DNA of 64,000 nt from an uncultured Oscillospiraceae bacterium (GTDB lineage Bacteria > Bacillota > Clostridia > Christensenellales > CAG-138). Positions 27,685-37,400 of this stretch are shown here, one piece after another. The translations under genes were made by a program, and so were the position numbers. Under the pieces are notes generated by a model, which was not told the origin of the DNA, did not search any database, and saw nothing but the letters and a program-made list of their open reading frames with translations. Within the stretch, counting starts at the first letter, position 1. The number at the start of each line of letters is the position of its first letter. The DNA lies in assembly GCA_964447605.1 (NCBI GenBank), contig CAYUTA010000003.1, positions 17,525-81,524 on the forward strand, written 5' to 3'.

Positions 27685-27723
27685 CGCAAGGGGAAATGGA
27701 ACAGGTGACAGGAGGCGGCGCAA

Positions 27724-27999
27724 ATGACAAACCGGGAGGAATATGCATATTTTATCGAGCAGCTGGCAGGCAACGCGCAGAAGGCGTATCGGGCGACGGG
27801 GGAAGCCGCGCATGCGCGGGAGCGGCGGGAACGGATGGAGCGGGAATGCGAATGCAGGCTCAACGAGGACGAGCGGGCGTTTGTGGCGCGGTGCTTTGAG
27901 CAGCTGGAGGACGACATGGCGCGGGAGCTGCCATTTGTCTACCGGCAGGGCCTGCTGGACGGGATCGAGCTGCTCAAATGGCTGAAGGCGCCGGCATGA
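27724..27999 (+). CDS. Small helical protein, unknown function (paralogue 2)
   Basis: This 91-aa ORF has the RBS AGGAGG at 27710-27715. It differs from paralogue 1 by a 3-aa insertion (RER) and a few substitutions. Confidence 0.65.
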   Translation: MTNREEYAYFIEQLAGNAQKAYRATGEAAHARERRERMERECECRLNEDERAFVARCFEQLEDDMARELPFVYRQGLLDGIELLKWLKAPA

Positions 28000-28032
28000 G
28001 CAGCGACACACGCGGCGCGTTTGACGCGCGGT

Positions 28033-28088
28033 GCATGTTGCCGCCCGGGAGCGCGAAGCGCGAGAGGCGGCATGCGGTTGTCCCCGTC
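28033..28088 (-). repeat. 56-bp repeat, right arm of the inverted pair
   Basis: It is the reverse complement of 26060-26115 with one mismatch. Outside it lies the 7-bp hairpin CAAACAC/GTGTTTG (28089-28105). Confidence 0.85.
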
Positions 28089-28151
28089 AAACACAGGGTG
28101 TTTGCCGGTCCCCGCCGCGGCGGGGACCGGCGGACTGAAACACATCGTTTT

Positions 28152-29498
28152 TTACGGCTTAAAAGAGATTGCTTCCGACACGACCCGTTTCATGCGGGCG
28201 CCGCCGTCGAACAATTGTAGCTCAACATAGACGCCCGCGCCCGCATTCACATTTGCACAGAGGTAGAAATCAAAGCGGGTCTGCGAGTAGGGCGGTATGC
28301 AGCCGTCAAAGCCGCCGTCCATCGCCGCACCGGCGAGCTGAACGGTCTCTGCGCCGGGGCATAGCACCGCGGCGGTATCGTTGACGCACACAAGCCGGAA
28401 CCGGGTGATCTTACCGTAATAATCGGATGGCTCGGTTTGAAATGATTCGTAATATATGGAAACGCTGTCGCCCTGGTAAAACGTTCTGCCGGAGCCGATA
28501 TAGCCGGGCGCGGCAGGGGCCTCCGTACCCTGTGTAAATTCTCCGGCGGATGCGAGTGCATTCGCTGCGGCGACAGCCTCCTTGTCTGTGGGAATGGCAA
28601 AGGTATCGGCGCCCGCCGCCTTTCCCTTCTGCGCCATGACGATGGTCAGCGTGAGGGTGTCGATGGCGTTGACGGCAAAGGTCTGGAGGGTTTTGAGCAG
28701 CGGGATGGCCAGCATGACGCGGGTCCCGTTGCCGGAAAAGGCGGCCCGGGGCGCGTCCGCGCCGAGTGAATAGCCGTTGACGCAGGGGATTGCGGCCATA
28801 TCAAACGGGCCTTCCAGGCATTCGGCGGAAACGTACAGCACCGCGGCAACGGCGTCCAGCCCATGATAATAGAAACGGGCCCGTTCGTTTTGATGAACCA
28901 GAAAAGCCTCATCCCCGTACGGCTGGACGGATTCCACCCTGCAGCCCGGGTTGACAACGATGTTCGAGGCGGGGGCAAAGGCGGACCCGCCAAGAAACCC
29001 GGAAAATGACAGGCCCAGGGTCGCTACGTCCGCAATCCGCATCCGTTCCGCCGCGCCGGGGCCCAGTTCAGCCGTTAACGTCAGGGCCCCGGCGGTCTGG
29101 GGGCCGATGGTTGCCGAACCGTCCGCCTCCAGGTCATCCATGGAAAAAACAATGGCCCAGCCGTTGACGGCGCCCGGTACGCGCGCGGAGAAAATCAGGG
29201 GCTGATTGGTCTGATTCCGGATGGCGACGTCAACGGCGATGCGCCGGTTTTGCACATAGGTGATGCCGGTGACGCTTGCCAAAACGCCGTCGCGGCGGAA
29301 GAGGGGTTCCTGCAGATCATGGGTAAGCACCGGCGGCGTGGCCGTGGGTACGGGCGTGACGGGGCCGGCGATGACGGCGGGCGTGGAAGGATCCGCCGTT
29401 GCGCCGACATAGGTGGATGAACGCGTGGCGGGCAGCCCGCAGCCAATCGGGCCGGCAAGCAGCAGGGAGATCAGACCGACGGAGATCAATCGATTCAT
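28152..29498 (-). CDS. Secreted lipoprotein of unknown function
   Basis: It has a signal peptide with a Cys (LLLAGPIGC) and a Pro/Thr linker. The beta-rich, repeated-looking modules carry no motif I recognise. Confidence 0.6.
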   Translation of the reverse strand: MNRLISVGLISLLLAGPIGCGLPATRSSTYVGATADPSTPAVIAGPVTPVPTATPPVLTHDLQEPLFRRDGVLASVTGITYVQNRRIAVDVAIRNQTNQPLIFSARVPGAVNGWAIVFSMDDLEADGSATIGPQTAGALTLTAELGPGAAERMRIADVATLGLSFSGFLGGSAFAPASNIVVNPGCRVESVQPYGDEAFLVHQNERARFYYHGLDAVAAVLYVSAECLEGPFDMAAIPCVNGYSLGADAPRAAFSGNGTRVMLAIPLLKTLQTFAVNAIDTLTLTIVMAQKGKAAGADTFAIPTDKEAVAAANALASAGEFTQGTEAPAAPGYIGSGRTFYQGDSVSIYYESFQTEPSDYYGKITRFRLVCVNDTAAVLCPGAETVQLAGAAMDGGFDGCIPPYSQTRFDFYLCANVNAGAGVYVELQLFDGGARMKRVVSEAISFKP

Positions 29499-29897
29499 GG
29501 CGCGTGTCCTCTATTGCATCACTTGGTATTTTATGCGGGCATTGGCGCTTATCTGCCGCATGCCCAGCAGGGGAGCCGTTGACCCCGCGAAGGGCGGCAG
29601 GTTTAGGGCAACCGACAAAAACCTCCGGGGATTCCAGCGCGGATTTTTAGAACGCGGCCGCCAAACGCTCCGGCTGTATGATGGATAACGGATGGAATTC
29701 AGCAGAAAAAGTGTAACAAATTCTGGCGGACGATGCAAGGGGCGGCGACCGGAAAGAAGCCGGAAAATCAATTTGATACCGGCTCGGAAGCGGTATCAAA
29801 ACAATTCCGTCATAATTGACAATTCAGCCCGCAGCGTGTATACCAGATACAGGAAAAGTTTTTTTGATATATTGCTGAATAAAGGAAAAAGATTGGA

Positions 29898-30989
29898 TTG
29901 AAAGCATATCGTTCCATCCGGAGAATTCGTCTGACCGCCGCCCTGCTGGCGGCCCTGACGGCTTCTCCGGGGATTGCGCGGGCCGCGGGCGCGCCTGTGC
30001 ACCTCGAATCCGCATCTGCGCCGGCGCCGAAAACAACCGTATCCGCGCCCCCGGAATCCGTTCCGGTAAAATCCGCCGCCGCGCCCGCGGAAACGCCGCC
30101 GCCCGCGCGCGCCGCGTCTGTATCGACAGAAGCGCCGCAAAGCGCGCAGATTACGCCCAATCCCACGCCGTTTGCCATCGTGTGGTTTCCCGATACGCAA
30201 TCGTCGGCCTATGGCGAGCCGGAGGCGCTCGCCGCAATGGGGAAATGGGTTTCTGACCATGCCGAAAGCGACAACATCGCGTATGTGCTGCAAACGGGCG
30301 ATCTGGTGGACAATGGGTTTGTTGAGGCGCAATGGAAAAATTTTGAGCTTGCCTACGATCAGTTTGCGGGCAGGGTTCCATACTTCTGCATCGCGGGCAA
30401 CCACGATCTGGGCGTCAAGCGCCAGGAATGGGACGGATACCTTGCCAGGCCCTATGCGCACACCGTGCCGCAGGAACAGGAGTTTATGGGCGGCAAGGCG
30501 GCTTACACGCTGTTTTCGGCGGGCGGAACGGATTTTATTGTCGTGGGCGTCGGCCACGGCGCGGAGGAAGAATCGCTGCGGTGGGTACGGGACGCGTTCA
30601 ACCGGCATCCGAACCGCTACGGCATCCTGATGCTGCACGGCTATCTGCACGGACGGGGAACGTTTGTCCACGAGACTGCATGGACGATGTATGACCGCGT
30701 GGTGTCGCGCTGCAGGAACATCCGCATGACGCTGAGCGCGCATTACCGCGGGACGGCGTACAAGCCGTTTGAAATCGACGACAACTATGATGCGATACCG
30801 GACCGCACGGTACATTCGTTTTTGTGCAACTATCAGAACTATATGCGCCTGGGCGGCCAGCTTCGTCTGCTGATCTTCGACCCGGCGGACGGCAGCCTTA
30901 CGGTGGACACCTTTTCCACGCTGACCGGCCACCCCATGCGGGATGCGACGATGAAGCAGGCGGTGTTCACGCTGCAAAACATCTTCTGA
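29898..30989 (+). CDS. Secreted calcineurin-like metallophosphoesterase
   Basis: It starts at TTG and has a signal peptide (LLAALTASPGIARA) and an Ala/Pro linker. Motifs are WFPDTQ, GDLVDNG, AGNHD and MLHGY. Upstream is the promoter TTGACA-N17-TATACC. Confidence 0.7.
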   Translation: MKAYRSIRRIRLTAALLAALTASPGIARAAGAPVHLESASAPAPKTTVSAPPESVPVKSAAAPAETPPPARAASVSTEAPQSAQITPNPTPFAIVWFPDTQSSAYGEPEALAAMGKWVSDHAESDNIAYVLQTGDLVDNGFVEAQWKNFELAYDQFAGRVPYFCIAGNHDLGVKRQEWDGYLARPYAHTVPQEQEFMGGKAAYTLFSAGGTDFIVVGVGHGAEEESLRWVRDAFNRHPNRYGILMLHGYLHGRGTFVHETAWTMYDRVVSRCRNIRMTLSAHYRGTAYKPFEIDDNYDAIPDRTVHSFLCNYQNYMRLGGQLRLLIFDPADGSLTVDTFSTLTGHPMRDATMKQAVFTLQNIF

Positions 30990-31079
30990 TGCGGTGAAAA
31001 AGGTCCTGTCCGCGGAGAAATATTCGCTCCGCCGCCCCTTTGCCACGGAGGCGGCAGCTCCCATGAAAAGTGCCTTTGC

Positions 31080-34000
31080 CTAAATCGGCACAATCTCCCG
31101 GGCGCGCAGCAGCACAACAATCTGCTCGCGGACCGGCAGGCCTGTCAGTTGCGCCAGCGCGGCGGCATAGAGCGCAAGCTGCGCGCAATGGCGCGCGGCG
31201 GTTGCCTCCGGCGTGGAGTTCTGCGGCACGCGGTCGGTTTTATAATCGACCAGCACCCAGCCGTCGTTTTCAATGAAACAGCAGTCGATCATGCCCTGCA
31301 GCAGCACGCGCTCTTGCGCGTCGGTGGCAAACAGCGCGTCCGCGTCCATCTCGTAGCCAAACGCAAGCTCCCGCTCTACACGGGGGCTTTTTTGTATCCG
31401 GGCAAACAGCTTGGACGCGACAAACCAGCGCAGCGCGTCCGCATCCGCCGCTTCGGCCTGCTCGGGCGTCATCCGCGCGCGGGATACGAGGCTGTCGAGA
31501 AACGCGCCCACGTCGATGCGCACAGGGGGAATATCGAGCGGCAGGTGCTGAACCGCCGCGTGCATGGCTGTGCCGAAAAAGGCGGGCGTGCGCGTGTCTG
31601 CGGAAAGGAACGCAGGCAGATCGAACGCGGGCATGCGGGCGGCGCAGGGCTTGGCGGCCGCGCCCGCGTCAAGCTCGAGCGGCAGCGACGCGCCCGCGAC
31701 CGCAACGCGGCTGACCGAGGCCTTGGCGGGCAGCGCGACCGCCGAGGCAAACGGGTATTCCCAGGCAAAGTGCGTCTTCAGAGTTTCCAGCAGCGCGTGG
31801 TCGGCTGCGGGCAGTGCAAAAACAGCGTCGGCGGGCGGCGGATCCAGCCAGTCGCCCCGGGCATGAAGCGTGGCCTGCAGCAAACCCCGCCGGGCCATGA
31901 GGAGCCAGGCAAGCGGCGTGGAGGCAAGCAGCACAGCAAACGGCGTTGGCGCCTGCCACGCGGCATCCATGCGTTCCTGCGCGTTTTTCATGCAGCCGAT
32001 AAGGATCAGGCGAGATTTGGCGCGCGTCATGGCCACGTACAGTACGCGCAGCTCTTCGGCAAGCTGCTCGCTGCGGAGCGTTTTGCGGATGGTCTGGCGC
32101 AGCGCCGTGTCGTGCATCACGCCGTCGGCAGCGCCGCGGCAGCGCAGGCCAAGCCCGAGTTTTGTATGCATTTGCAGGTTTGCCGGGCCGTTTTGGAGGT
32201 TGAAGCGCGCGCCGAGCTGCAGGAGGAACACCACGGGAAACTCCAGCCCCTTGGATTTATGGATGGTGAGGATTTTGACCACGTTGGCGCTGGCCGTCTG
32301 CGCGGCGCCGATGGACGCGCCGGAACGGGCAAGGTCCATGTGCCGCAAAAAACGCCAGACGCCGCGCGCGCCCGTGCGTTCGAACGCGTGCGCCTGGGTC
32401 AGCAGCGCGTCCAGATTGGCCTGGCGCTGGCGGCCGTTGAACCCCGCGCCCATCTCCTCATAAAAGCCCGTTTCGTCGAGCAGCAGGCCGATCAGGTGTT
32501 CGATGGTGACAAAGCGGCTTTCCTCGCGGTAGCGGTCGAGCAGGCGGAAAAACGCGGCAACTTTCCCGTCGGTTTCCCGCGCGGCCAGCAACGCGTCGAA
32601 AAACGTCCCTTCGCGGCGGCGCACGCGCAGCCTGAGCAGCTCCTCGGCGGTGAAGTCGCCGATGGAGGACAGCAGCACGGAGATCAGCGGCACATCCTGC
32701 CGGCGGTTGTCGATGACTCGCAGCAGGTTGAGCAGCACCTGGACCTCCACTGCGTCGAAATAGCCGCCGTTGAGCTGCGCATAGCAGGGCACGCCGCATT
32801 GGGAGAGCGTCTGCGCCACAAGCTGCGCATGCGTCGTGGAGCGCAGCAGCACGGCAAAGTCGGCATAGGTAAGCGTCCGCCGCGCGTCCGTGGCGGGATC
32901 AACCGGGGTTTCTGCCTCCATCAGCTCGCGGATGCGCGCCGCGGCAAGGCGCGCCTCGACCTCCGCGTCGGCTGCGGATTCAAGCGCATCGCCGGATCCG
33001 TCGGTTTCCCGAGCGATAACGTGCAGCTCCGCGCCGCCGTGTGGCTGCTCGCCGCCATAGGCGAGCATGGCGCGCGCGTCGTAGTCCATTTCGCCCGCGT
33101 CGCGGGTCATAAGCATGCAAAACGTGTCGTTGACAGCGGCGAGCACCTCCGGCGCGCTGCGGAAGTTTCGGTTCAGGTCGATGCGCCTGCCCGCCGCGCC
33201 GGAAAACGCGCTGAGTTTCTCTAAAAACAGCCCGGGCTCGGCCTGTCGGAAGCGGTAGATCGACTGCTTGACGTCGCCGACCAAAAACAGGTTGTCCTCC
33301 CGGCGGATAGCGTTGAGAAGGGCCTCCTGCACGCGGTTGCTGTCCTGGTATTCGTCGACGGCGATGAGCAGGAATTTTTCCCGGTACTCCCGCATAACGC
33401 CGGGCATCCGCAGCGCGTCCAGCGTGAGATGCTCGAGATCGTTGTAATCAAGCGCGGCGCGCGCCCGCTTTTCCGCGGCAAAGGCGCCGGAAAACGCGCA
33501 CACCACATCGCGCAGCGCAGACAGGACGGTCCCGGCGGCGCGCATGGCTTCACATTCCTCGGCGGCGGTGCGGCGCAGGCGGCCGCGCTGCTCGCGCACC
33601 AATTTTTTAAATGCGTCGCGTACGCCGCGCACGGGCGCTTTTTCCGCATCCGGCGTTCCGCGCGCAAAGCGCAGCGTGCCAAATTCCATGTCGAGCAGGC
33701 CCTGCCGATATGCGTCGTAGTCGGGCATGAGCATAAGCGCGCGGCAGCGCATCAGCTCTTCGTCCAGCACGCCGGTGGCCGCGGCCATGTCCGGCGCAAG
33801 CGCGTCGCGCGCCGCGGTGAGCGCCTTGAGCCCAAGCCGCAACTCCGCTTTGCACGCGGCGGTCACCTCGTCGAGCCGGGTGGCAAGCGCCTCGTCGGAG
33901 GCATAGCGCACAACCGCCTCTTCCAGCCAGCCGAGCGGCTCGGGTTGCGCCTGTAAAAACGTATACGTTGTGTATACCGCGTCCCAGGCGGGCTGCTCGC

Positions 34001-34481
34001 CGCCAAAGGCGGAAAGCAGCGTGCGCCATGCGGGACTTTCCTCTGCGGCAAGCGCGCTTAGCAGCGCGTCCTGCACCTGCGCCACAATCGCCGCCGATTC
34101 CGTCTCGTCCAGAATGCGCGATTTTGGCGCAAGGCCAAGCACATGATAGTGCCGTCGGAGCACGCGTGCGCAGAACGCATGCACGGTGGAAATGTTCGCG
34201 TTGCCCACAGCGCGCGCCTGCTCGCGCAGATAAAGCTGCGCGTCCGGCGTATCCGCTTCGTCGGCGAGCATGGCGAGCCGTTTGGTAATGCGCGCCTTCA
34301 TTTCGGCCGCGGCGGCGCGCGTAAACGTAAGCACCAGCATGCGCTCAACCGGTATGCCGCCGATGATGCGCATGGCGATGCGCTCGGTGAGCACGGCGGT
34401 CTTGCCCGCGCCCGCCGCGGCGGAGACGATCAGGTTGCCGTCGGATCGGATGGCGTCAAGCTGCTCAGTTGTCCAGGGCAT
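31080..34481 (-). CDS. addA: ATP-dependent helicase/nuclease subunit A
   Basis: It has UvrD-type helicase motifs (AAAGAGKTAVL, VDEYQDSN) and a C-terminal RecB-type nuclease motif (GMIDCCFIE...LVDYKTD). It overlaps addB by 17 nt. Confidence 0.9.
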   Translation of the reverse strand: MPWTTEQLDAIRSDGNLIVSAAAGAGKTAVLTERIAMRIIGGIPVERMLVLTFTRAAAAEMKARITKRLAMLADEADTPDAQLYLREQARAVGNANISTVHAFCARVLRRHYHVLGLAPKSRILDETESAAIVAQVQDALLSALAAEESPAWRTLLSAFGGEQPAWDAVYTTYTFLQAQPEPLGWLEEAVVRYASDEALATRLDEVTAACKAELRLGLKALTAARDALAPDMAAATGVLDEELMRCRALMLMPDYDAYRQGLLDMEFGTLRFARGTPDAEKAPVRGVRDAFKKLVREQRGRLRRTAAEECEAMRAAGTVLSALRDVVCAFSGAFAAEKRARAALDYNDLEHLTLDALRMPGVMREYREKFLLIAVDEYQDSNRVQEALLNAIRREDNLFLVGDVKQSIYRFRQAEPGLFLEKLSAFSGAAGRRIDLNRNFRSAPEVLAAVNDTFCMLMTRDAGEMDYDARAMLAYGGEQPHGGAELHVIARETDGSGDALESAADAEVEARLAAARIRELMEAETPVDPATDARRTLTYADFAVLLRSTTHAQLVAQTLSQCGVPCYAQLNGGYFDAVEVQVLLNLLRVIDNRRQDVPLISVLLSSIGDFTAEELLRLRVRRREGTFFDALLAARETDGKVAAFFRLLDRYREESRFVTIEHLIGLLLDETGFYEEMGAGFNGRQRQANLDALLTQAHAFERTGARGVWRFLRHMDLARSGASIGAAQTASANVVKILTIHKSKGLEFPVVFLLQLGARFNLQNGPANLQMHTKLGLGLRCRGAADGVMHDTALRQTIRKTLRSEQLAEELRVLYVAMTRAKSRLILIGCMKNAQERMDAAWQAPTPFAVLLASTPLAWLLMARRGLLQATLHARGDWLDPPPADAVFALPAADHALLETLKTHFAWEYPFASAVALPAKASVSRVAVAGASLPLELDAGAAAKPCAARMPAFDLPAFLSADTRTPAFFGTAMHAAVQHLPLDIPPVRIDVGAFLDSLVSRARMTPEQAEAADADALRWFVASKLFARIQKSPRVERELAFGYEMDADALFATDAQERVLLQGMIDCCFIENDGWVLVDYKTDRVPQNSTPEATAARHCAQLALYAAALAQLTGLPVREQIVVLLRAREIVPI

Positions 34482-37400
34482 CGTCTACACCTCCGATCAG
34501 CGCAAAAAATGCGTCCCGCCCGATGGGATTAAACTTCCGCGTCCGGCAACCGCGCACCATGGGGTCGAAGCGGCATATGCTGCGATAATCGCAGTATTTG
34601 CAGGAGCCCTCCGCGGGGTGGACCTCAATATGCCCGTCGAGCATCGCGGCCAGCGTGCGCTGCGACACCTCGCGGGCAAGCTGCAAAATGCGCTCCATCT
34701 GTGCGCGCGTGCAGACGCTGCCGGAGAACACGCCTTCCTCAGCCCGCCTGACCCCTTTGAGCACGGCGGAGTCGCCGCTTTTGCACGCGCGGTCGCTCAA
34801 CAGCACCAGGGAAGCGGAGGAAAGCGTCAGCCCGCGCAGCATAAACGCCGCCTCCACAGCCCGCTCGGCATCCTCGCCCTCGCTTATCGGCGGAACGCGC
34901 AGAGGCATATAATACATGCCCGCGGGAAGCCGCCCATCCTGCGAAACGGCCGCAAGATACAACGGAAGCTGCAATGTCAGGCCGTTGAGGATACCGGAAA
35001 AGTCAAACTCGCGCTCGCCAAGCTTATAATCCACCACGCGGAGCGGCGCGCCCGGAACGTCGGCCGCGTCCACGCGGTCGATCACGCCGGAGAGCAGCGC
35101 CTCCGTACCGTCTTCCAGCGTCAGGCGGATAGGGGGGAACGCCTGGCCCTCGCCAAAGCGGACCTCCGCGCCGGCAGGCGTAAACCGGCCCGCCTGTATC
35201 TGCCGCACCACGGCCCGCGCGCTCATTTTGACCGATTCGACGAGCAAAAACAGCGTGGCGCGCAAACGGTCGTTATACAGGAAGATTCCATCGTTGTGTT
35301 CGGAGATCACCTGCGGCAAAAGCGCGTCCATCCGCGCGTCGATCTCCGCGTCGTCCATTGCCTGAAGCGTCCGTCCGTCCCGGACGGCCGTGCGGATAAA
35401 CGCCTCCAGCGCGGCGTGGTAAAAGGTGCCGAGGTCCGCGGCGCGTTCGGCGAATTCGCACCGGTCCGCGGCTGCGAGCCCATAGCGCACGAAGTGCTTG
35501 AACGGGCAGGCGGCGAACTGCTCCAGGCGGCTTGCGCTCATGCGGATGCGCGTGCCGTAAAGCGCGCCTGAAAGCGCGCGGCCCAGCGGCGGCAGGGAAA
35601 AGCGCGGTTGTCCGGCCTCCGCCATGCGCCTTACGCGCGCGGCATACGCGGGCAGGGCGCCATAATAGGCAAGCAGCGTTGGCAGGCGCGGCGAGAGCGT
35701 GTTGTCTGAATGCAGCGCGCAAAGGTCGCGCGTCAGCAGCCGCAGCCCGGCGCGCTCGCTTTGCGGCAGCGCGTCCGAAGCTTCCAGGTCTGTTTTGGTA
35801 TTGCAGCGCGGGAACAGGCGCAGAATGTCGGCAATTAAGGAGGAGGGGGCAAGCTCGCTGCCGTCGGCGCAGAAGCTGTAGCTGACAAACAGCGTTTCGC
35901 GCGCCTTGCTCAGGGCGGTGTACAGTTCCAGCCGGTCGTCCGCCGCCCGTTGCCTGGTGTCGCTCCAAACGGGCATCCCCGCGCGTTCGAGCGCCTTGAG
36001 CTCGCGGTCGTCGATCACGCCGTCGTCATTGCGCGCAGCGGGGAGCAGGCCGTCGTTTACGCCCACAAGAAACAGCGCCCTGACCGCGCGCGACTTGGTG
36101 CGCGCCACATCGCCAAGCAGCACCTGGTCGCTCGTGCCGGGGATCACCCCGATCTCGCGGGAGGATAATCCCTCCTCGAGCAGCTCCCAAAACAGCTTGC
36201 GGCTGACCGGGACGTCGCCCATGATTGCGTCGAGTTGGCTCAGTGCCTCCATCAGCGCGTTCCATACCTGCGCGTGCTCTTCCATCAATGCCACGCGTCC
36301 GGCGGCAAGCAGGCTCTGCACGCGCGATTTGAGCGCGTTGTCCAGTCCGATTTCCACCAGATACGCATACAGCGCGCGCACCTTGACCGAAACCGGCCGC
36401 GGCGCGAGCGCCTTCCGCAGCCGCAGCAACGGCTCCATCACGGCCATGCGCGCCCGTTCGGCGCCCGCGGGAACCTCTCCGCGCGTAAACGGCTTTGCCA
36501 GCGCGCCGCCCTTGAGCCCAGTGCGCAGCAGATACAGCTCCAACGCCTCCACATCGTCCTGCGAAACGTCCACATAGCCGCTTTTAACCAGCCGCAGCAC
36601 TTCCGTGGGCGAAAACCGTCCCTCCGCGGCGCGTCCGGCGGCAAGCACCGCGTCCACGGCGGCATGGCCCGTGACAGGGTGCTTGCGGTCGAGGAAAACG
36701 GGGATGCCGCGGCGGGCGAATACGCGCGTGACGAGCGGCATGTAGGATTCCGGGTCGGAGACGATAACGGCCATCTCGCGGTAACGCACGCCCATGCGCG
36801 CGCGCGAAAGGATGGCGTCGGCGAGCGACTCCACCTCCGCAACGCGGTCGGACGCGCCGAATACCGTGATGGCCGGCGCGAGTTTTTCATAGGGCAGGCT
36901 GCGCAGGGCAAACAGGTTGGCCTCCAGATAGGCCAACTCCTCCGCGCAGGGGCCTGGATGACGGCCCGGATGGGTGACCGACACGGTTGCACCCACGCGC
37001 GCGGCCATGTCGCGCACCTGGGAATAGATGCGCAGATCGGGCAGGAACAGGTCCGCGTCACGCGGGGACGACGTATCGCAGCGCAGCGCGATGGTCACGT
37101 CCGCGGCGGCGGCGATCAGGCCGCCTAGCCATTGGTACAATTGTCTGCTGGGCCGGTCGATTCCGTCGATGTATACATGCGCGCCGCGGATAAACGAATC
37201 AGGCAGCAGCGCGCGCGCTGCGTTGGCCGCGTCGTCTATGGTCAGGTAACGGTCGGCAAGAAAGGCCTCCGTGTCCGCATACAACAGCGCGATATCGGCG
37301 AGTTTCTCGCGCAGCGCCGTCTGCTCGGGCAGCTTTTGCACAAACAAATCAAGCGTTTTAGGCGTAAGCCCCGCGCGCTTAAGGTCGGAAAAAATGGTCT

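Noticed and set aside
26116-28032. Calling the inverted-repeat-bracketed segment a bona fide phase-variable inverton or a transposon.
   Set aside because: There is no invertase, recombinase or transposase in the window and I could see no target-site duplication. Inversion would not obviously reorient a promoter toward a flanking gene. It is reported only as a testable possibility.
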